10,530 bases of DNA, from the NCBI GenBank assembly GCA_041640635.1, contig JBEPZX010000028.1, positions 1-10,530 on the forward strand, written 5' to 3'. This document shows, piece after piece, positions 5,865-10,530 of this stretch (positions are counted from its first letter, which is position 1; each line of letters starts with the position of its first letter). The position numbers and the translations under genes are program-made. The notes under the pieces are model-generated. The model saw nothing but the letters and a program-made list of their open reading frames with translations. It ran no database searches and had not been told where the DNA came from. This DNA is from Aquificaceae bacterium. Its GTDB lineage: Bacteria; Aquificota; Aquificia; Aquificales; Aquificaceae.

Positions 5865-7382
5865 ATGGCTATTTATCATTTTTCAGCACAAGTTATTTCA
5901 AGAGGAAAAGGGCAATCAGCAGTTGCTTCTGCTTCTTATCGTAGTGGGGAAAAATTAGTAGATGAACGTACTGGTGAGTCAAAGTTTTATAAAAGAGATG
6001 TTCAACCTGATTCTATAATTCTAGCTCCTTCTCATGCGCCTGAATGGGTACATGATAGACAGCGTTTATGGAATGAAGTTGAAGCAGTTGAAAAGAATTG
6101 GAATAGCCAATTGGCACGAGAAATAAATGTTGCTTTGCCAAAAGAACTTTCTATGGATCAACAGAAGGAATTGATTCGTGACTTTGCTCAAGAAGAGTTC
6201 GTAAAGAAGGGCATGGTAGCTGATATTTCTATACATAGAGACGATGAAAATAATCCTCATGCACACATCATGCTTACCATGAGGGCATTCAATGAAGATG
6301 GAACTTGGGCGAATAAGAAAAAAAGAGATTATGTCTTTAATGAAAATGGAGAACATGTTCTTGATAAAAACGGAAATAAGAAATTTATTACTGTTCCCTT
6401 AACTGATTGGGATAGAATTGAAACCCTTGAAAAATGGCGGGAAGAATGGGCGAACCATACAAACCTATCTTTAGAAAAAGCAGGTTTCCAAGAAAGGATC
6501 TCCCACCTTTCTCATGAAGCAAGAGGACTTGAGGAAATACCAAGTGTCCACCTTGGTTACGTAGCTCATGCAATGGAGAAAAGAGGGGAAAAAAGCGAGA
6601 TTGGTAACATCCAAAGAGAAATTGATGGAATCAATAAAGAAATAAGGGAACAAAAGATTAAACTTGCAGAGATAGACGCAGAAATTAAAGAAGTTACTGG
6701 ACAAATTATTAAAATCAAAGAAAAGAATTCTAAAAGTGAAAGCAGATATTCTCCTGAAGAACAAAAAGTGTTAGATAAAGCAACAGAGAGCTTAAAAGGT
6801 AAAGATTTAACTTACAGTAATATCGTTAATCGCCTGGAACAAGTAGAACGATTCCAGGAACAAATTTCAACTAAAGAAAAAGAGATATATGATAAAGGGT
6901 TTGAAACTAAAACTAATAAAGATCGTGAAGACTTAGAAAAGTATAAAAACCAAAGAAAACGAGCTAATACCGAGCAAGATATTCTTTCTAAGGCAAAGGT
7001 AATCTTAGAAAAAGATTTTGTTCAGCGCCTTGCTTCAAAATATCCTGATAATCCTGAAATAAAGTTCATGAAGTTTGAACAAGCTCTTAAACTCCACAAA
7101 CTAAATAAAGGAATGGATAGAGTTATTCCAATTAGTGAAATCAAACAACAGTACGATAATGGAAAAGAACTCTTAGAAAAACATGAAAAATCATTAAAGA
7201 ATAATCAAACTCCATTATTTGATGAAAGTAAATTAGAAAGATTGAATAAATCAACTGAACTGCTAGGTGGCATTTTTGAAGCAGTCCAACAAGCTAATAA
7301 AGATATAGACAAATCAAATCGTAAAGAGGAAAAACCACGATATAGAGGTCAAAAGAAAAAAGAATTAGAGATCGAAAGATAA
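5865..7382 (+). CDS. mobA: MobA/MobL (MOBQ) relaxase with coiled-coil C-terminus
   Basis: MAIYHFSAQVISRGKGQSAVASASYRSGE, LWNEVE, AREINVALP, IHRDDENNPHAHIMLTMR (3H motif); AAAGGAG RBS. Confidence 0.95.
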   Translation: MAIYHFSAQVISRGKGQSAVASASYRSGEKLVDERTGESKFYKRDVQPDSIILAPSHAPEWVHDRQRLWNEVEAVEKNWNSQLAREINVALPKELSMDQQKELIRDFAQEEFVKKGMVADISIHRDDENNPHAHIMLTMRAFNEDGTWANKKKRDYVFNENGEHVLDKNGNKKFITVPLTDWDRIETLEKWREEWANHTNLSLEKAGFQERISHLSHEARGLEEIPSVHLGYVAHAMEKRGEKSEIGNIQREIDGINKEIREQKIKLAEIDAEIKEVTGQIIKIKEKNSKSESRYSPEEQKVLDKATESLKGKDLTYSNIVNRLEQVERFQEQISTKEKEIYDKGFETKTNKDREDLEKYKNQRKRANTEQDILSKAKVILEKDFVQRLASKYPDNPEIKFMKFEQALKLHKLNKGMDRVIPISEIKQQYDNGKELLEKHEKSLKNNQTPLFDESKLERLNKSTELLGGIFEAVQQANKDIDKSNRKEEKPRYRGQKKKELEIER

Positions 7383-7450
7383 CTAAAAAGAGTGTGGCCA
7401 ATCTCATTCTTCGATTAGCAGCACTCCTTTTATAAGTCTTGAATAATTGT

Positions 7451-7616
7451 AGGTTAATCACTAACACGTGTGATTAATAACCGTAATCCTAAACGTATGT
7501 GATTATTAGTTTTATCAAATGCCTGGTAAAACTGATTTTCTAGCAATCTATAATCACACATGGTAAACTTTAGATAACCAAGTTAACCGTTGATATAATA
7601 ACCTTTATAAGTTAAC
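7451..7616. repeat. Operator/centromere-like array and promoter upstream of the coiled-coil gene
   Basis: TAATCAC 7455-7461, TGTGATTA 7469-7476 and 7498-7505, TAATCACA 7551-7558, GTTAAC 7582-7587 and 7611-7616; TAGATA-17-TATAAT (7571-7599) with extended -10 TG. Confidence 0.6.
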
Positions 7617-7635
7617 AATGAAAGAGGGTAATGAA

Positions 7636-8520
7636 ATGGCTGATGTGACATTCGGTGTCAAAGTTAGTGAGGAATTGCGCGATAAAGTTAAGGGAATGAT
7701 TGACAATAGTGGAATTACCTCTAAGGAATGGTTTGAAAAGGCTATAGCATTGGCAGAAATTCAAGATCTAAAGGAGGGTGCCAGTGACTATAAACAAGAT
7801 CTATCTGAACTAGAAGTACATACAACTAGAATCTATGAGTTAACGGCTAACATGATTAAACGTGCTAATTATTTAAAAGATGATGCCGTAAAACATATTG
7901 AGGAAAAGCTAACAGAACGTGAAGTACAGATAAAAGAATTAAGGGAAATGCTATTCAGTCAAAAAGAAGAACTTATGTCTTTGGCTGAAAGGTTTAATAC
8001 TGTCACTAAAGAAAATGAAGAAATGCATAAACAAGTTGAAGAAATGCGATCAACTAATGAAAACAGTTTACTGCTAGTTAGTGAGTACAAAGAAAAGATT
8101 GATACTTTAAGTGGATTAGTGTCTAAATATCAATCATTCCAACTGGAAAATGATGAGCTGCAACAGCAATTAAATAAACAGCAACAGCAATATCAATCAC
8201 AAGTTAACGAGTTAACCACTGATATTAAAGATAAAGACGAGTTAACCAAAGAGTTAAAACGTGATATTGAAACTCTAAAACAGAATCATGTTACTGAGTT
8301 AGAACGGTTAATAGAAAAGAAGGACTATGAACGTGAGAAGGCACTACTAGAAGTTGAAAGGGAACATCAAAACAAACTATCTCAAATTAGCTTAGAGCAT
8401 AGCCAACAAATTAAAGAACTGTATCAGAACATGGATAAAATCAGAAATGAATATGAACAGAAAATAGAGAAATTACAACGACAACCACAACAGACACCAA
8501 CACCTAAGAAGGGTAAATAA
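7636..8520 (+). CDS. Long coiled-coil protein with RHH-like N-terminus (KfrA-like architecture; putative stability factor)
   Basis: MADVTFGVKVSEELRDKVKGMIDNSGITSKEWFEKAI then heptad-rich E/K/Q/L region; AAAGAGGG RBS favours ATG 7636. Confidence 0.75.
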   Translation: MADVTFGVKVSEELRDKVKGMIDNSGITSKEWFEKAIALAEIQDLKEGASDYKQDLSELEVHTTRIYELTANMIKRANYLKDDAVKHIEEKLTEREVQIKELREMLFSQKEELMSLAERFNTVTKENEEMHKQVEEMRSTNENSLLLVSEYKEKIDTLSGLVSKYQSFQLENDELQQQLNKQQQQYQSQVNELTTDIKDKDELTKELKRDIETLKQNHVTELERLIEKKDYEREKALLEVEREHQNKLSQISLEHSQQIKELYQNMDKIRNEYEQKIEKLQRQPQQTPTPKKGK

Positions 8521-8752
8521 GAGGTTGCGAAACACTCAGAACGGCTCGCATTGAGTTTTTAATACTAGAATAATAGTAAGATAGCCCAAAGAGAGAAAAC
8601 AACTATACAAGAGTGTTAGAGGTCTTAAATTAAGTCCGGTTTTTGTCCATTCTTTTAAAAAGGAAAACGTTCTAGTAATGGCGAAACTATCATAAAGACG
8701 GATTTATACGAACGAACGGACAATGGATGGATGATAAAGGATGGTGAAAACG

Positions 8753-9289
8753 ATGGAACTTTTAAGGAAAAAGGACTTACACCCTGAGGTAGGTGTCCCT
8801 AAGAGTACCGTTGCTGATTGGATAGAGGATTTTAATGTCTACATACCTAAGGTTAAACAAGGTAATGTGACCTACTATAGACCTGAAAGTATAGATGTTT
8901 TAAAGTTCATAAAACAGTGTAGGGATCAGAATTTACAAAAACCTCAGATAATGGAATTGTTAGCTAAAAAGGGATTCCCTATCACGGTTGAGGACGCTAT
9001 AGAGGATGTAAAGAAGGCATTGGAAGTAGATAGTAGTCCTAGAGATACCCTTTTAACTGTAATGCAAACAATGGGACAAGCGGTAAGTAAAATTGCTGAA
9101 CAGGATGAACGGTTAAGCAAACAAGACGAACGATTGACTTATATAGAAAAACGGACTGATGAAATAGAGTACTTAAAGAGTGAGTTTGAGAAGTTGAAAA
9201 AGGAGTTGGCTGCCACTAAAGAGGAACTGGCTACAGCTCAAGAACAGGAAAAGAAGAAAGGCTTTTTCTCTAGGTTGTTCAGTCGATAA
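8753..9289 (+). CDS. MerR-like HTH + coiled-coil protein ending KKGFFSRLF (pSK1 Par/RacA-like architecture)
   Basis: LRKKDLHPEVGVPKSTVADWIEDF HTH; central coiled coil; C-terminal amphipathic helix; AAGGATGGTG RBS favours ATG 8753. Confidence 0.8.
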   Translation: MELLRKKDLHPEVGVPKSTVADWIEDFNVYIPKVKQGNVTYYRPESIDVLKFIKQCRDQNLQKPQIMELLAKKGFPITVEDAIEDVKKALEVDSSPRDTLLTVMQTMGQAVSKIAEQDERLSKQDERLTYIEKRTDEIEYLKSEFEKLKKELAATKEELATAQEQEKKKGFFSRLFSR

Positions 9290-9341
9290 AGATTAAATGT
9301 GGATGGAAGTTAATTCCACTCTTGTGGAAAACCTTGCAGTC

Positions 9342-9367
9342 AATTTGGTTAATAAGTTAACCAAATT
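9342..9367. repeat. Perfect 11-bp inverted repeat
   Basis: AATTTGGTTAA-TAAG-TTAACCAAATT. Confidence 0.7.
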
Positions 9368-9467
9368 TATTCGAGATAATAAAAATTAATTATTTTTATG
9401 TGAATTTTGCATACTTGTTTTTTAATCTAATATAACTCTAATAAAATCAAAAGGAGAGATATTAGAT

Positions 9468-9920
9468 ATGTCTGAATCTAAATTCAATAAAAGGAAATAT
9501 TTTAAAATTAGTTTATTTATATACCTCTTTTTTCTAGGGATATTTTATTTTTTAGAATTAGGTCCTACTTTAACTTTTAGATTGGGCAAATACTACAATG
9601 AAGTTTCTCATAACTTTATTCTTTTTTCGACTATTACAACTTACGTTTTAAATTTCGAACACTATAATTTAAGTACATTATTTTATAATATTTTCGGAAA
9701 CGTATTAATATTTGTACCATTAGGAATTCTAGTACCATCTATTTATCCTAATATAAACCGTTATCTACAAATTATTTATATTTCCTTTCTGATAAGTGTA
9801 ACTTTAGAAGGATTACAATATATAACTTCATTAGGTGTATTTGATATAGATGACATTATTCTTAACGTAATAGGTGGTATTTTAGGATTCTATATTTATA
9901 GATTGTTTTGGAGAAATTAG
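9468..9920 (+). CDS. VanZ family membrane protein (second, divergent paralogue)
   Basis: NIFGNVLIFVPLGILVP, SVTLEGLQY, GVFDIDDIILNVIGGILG; AAAGGAG RBS. Confidence 0.9.
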   Translation: MSESKFNKRKYFKISLFIYLFFLGIFYFLELGPTLTFRLGKYYNEVSHNFILFSTITTYVLNFEHYNLSTLFYNIFGNVLIFVPLGILVPSIYPNINRYLQIIYISFLISVTLEGLQYITSLGVFDIDDIILNVIGGILGFYIYRLFWRN

Positions 9921-9938
9921 ATAACTATAACATCTCAG

Positions 9939-9990
9939 TTAAAAAGAAAGGTAAACAACTTTAATTTTTGTTGTTTACCTTTCTTTTTAA
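9939..9990. terminator. Bidirectional intrinsic terminator
   Basis: 21-bp perfect inverted repeat TTAAAAAGAAAGGTAAACAAC / GTTGTTTACCTTTCTTTTTAA between convergent genes. Confidence 0.88.
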
Positions 9991-10391
9991 TAATCCCAAA
10001 TAGAACCGTGACCTCGAACATATTGTCCATCATCACCTTTTCTCATGGTAAATCCGTATTTTCCACCTTTTCCATCGGATATTGTCCATTCCCTTTTAGT
10101 TGTTCCGTTTCTATAAAATTGTCTTGTCGAAATAAACTCCCCAACTCCCCAACCATTATCTCTATACAAGTCTACATAATAGAATGCACTAGTACCGGCA
10201 TTTCCATAAGTAGAACTTGTATTTTCCATAGTTAATAAGTAATTAGGAGATTTCGGATAAAGAGAGAATAATTGAGAATTTAATTTATATTTAAAATCAA
10301 AGTTATATGCATAAGCAGAAGCTAAAGCCGCTGTTGGAGAAATCACTAAAACAAAGAGAGTTAAACTTAAAATTATTTTTTTAAATTTCAT
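9987..10391 (-). CDS. Secreted beta-rich hypothetical protein (Sec signal peptide)
   Basis: MKFKKIILSLTLFVLVISPTAALA signal peptide with AxA site; Gly/Tyr/aromatic-rich mature part; AGGAGG RBS overlapping the vanZ-like stop codon in the circular form. Confidence 0.85.
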   Translation of the reverse strand: MKFKKIILSLTLFVLVISPTAALASAYAYNFDFKYKLNSQLFSLYPKSPNYLLTMENTSSTYGNAGTSAFYYVDLYRDNGWGVGEFISTRQFYRNGTTKREWTISDGKGGKYGFTMRKGDDGQYVRGHGSIWDY

Positions 10392-10403
10392 AAATTTTAC
10401 CTC

Positions 10404-10530
10404 CTAAAGATTTAATAGCTTAATATTCTTTTCACTATCTTTAGCAATATTATTTATTATTTTTATTAATAATGGACGAAGTAAATTTACTATCCAAAAA
10501 CCTATAATTGTTCCAAGTGTATTTAAAATA
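10404..10530 (+). repeat. 127-bp exact direct repeat, copy 2 (3' end of the vanZ-like gene; circular overlap)
   Basis: Identical to 404..530. Confidence 0.97.

Larger units (their letters stand above)
404..10403. mobile_element. Small mobilizable plasmid (MOBQ, Rep14-3-like), one full circular unit
   Basis: Rep, origin repeats, oriT, relaxase and stability genes; sequence after 10403 repeats 404 onward. Confidence 0.88.

Noticed and set aside
5665..5958. 97-aa ORF as a possible MobC-like accessory protein
   Set aside because: Runs across oriT hairpins and overlaps mobA out of frame; no RBS or recognisable fold
6066..6764. Three minus-strand ORFs (96, 61, 97 aa)
   Set aside because: Antisense shadows within mobA
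10008..10235. 75-aa plus-strand ORF
   Set aside because: Antisense shadow of the secreted-protein gene
10404..10530. Real partial duplication or pseudogene of vanZ
   Set aside because: Exact 127-bp identity ending at the window edge is better explained as circular assembly overlap; the round 10,000-bp unit length is noted but given no biological meaning

Overview
The window is almost certainly a complete small mobilizable Bacillaceae-type plasmid (404..10403, a 10,000-bp unit). It is closed by an exact 127-bp repeat (404..530 = 10404..10530) and preceded by 403 bp that look like one end of a DUF6431-type transposon, joined exactly at the circle junction. The backbone has a Rep14-3/pGI2-like replication protein with a downstream palindromic origin candidate and an upstream leader that appears antisense-controlled, a MOBQ oriT plus MobA/MobL relaxase, and two coiled-coil DNA-binding stability candidates. 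There are two AT-rich accessory modules. (i) A LexA-box-controlled yvrJ-like peptide and RinA/ArpU-like activator sit next to a signal-less protein with a hydrophobic hairpin and a convergent small membrane protein, an architecture resembling an SOS-induced, colicin-like bacteriocin system. (ii) A secreted beta-rich protein is flanked by two VanZ-family genes, one of which forms an operon with it across the circle junction. A conserved ~55-bp palindromic element lies, in opposite orientations, beside both the replication origin and oriT. Family calls come from recalled motifs, not database searches, and functions of the accessory genes are inference.
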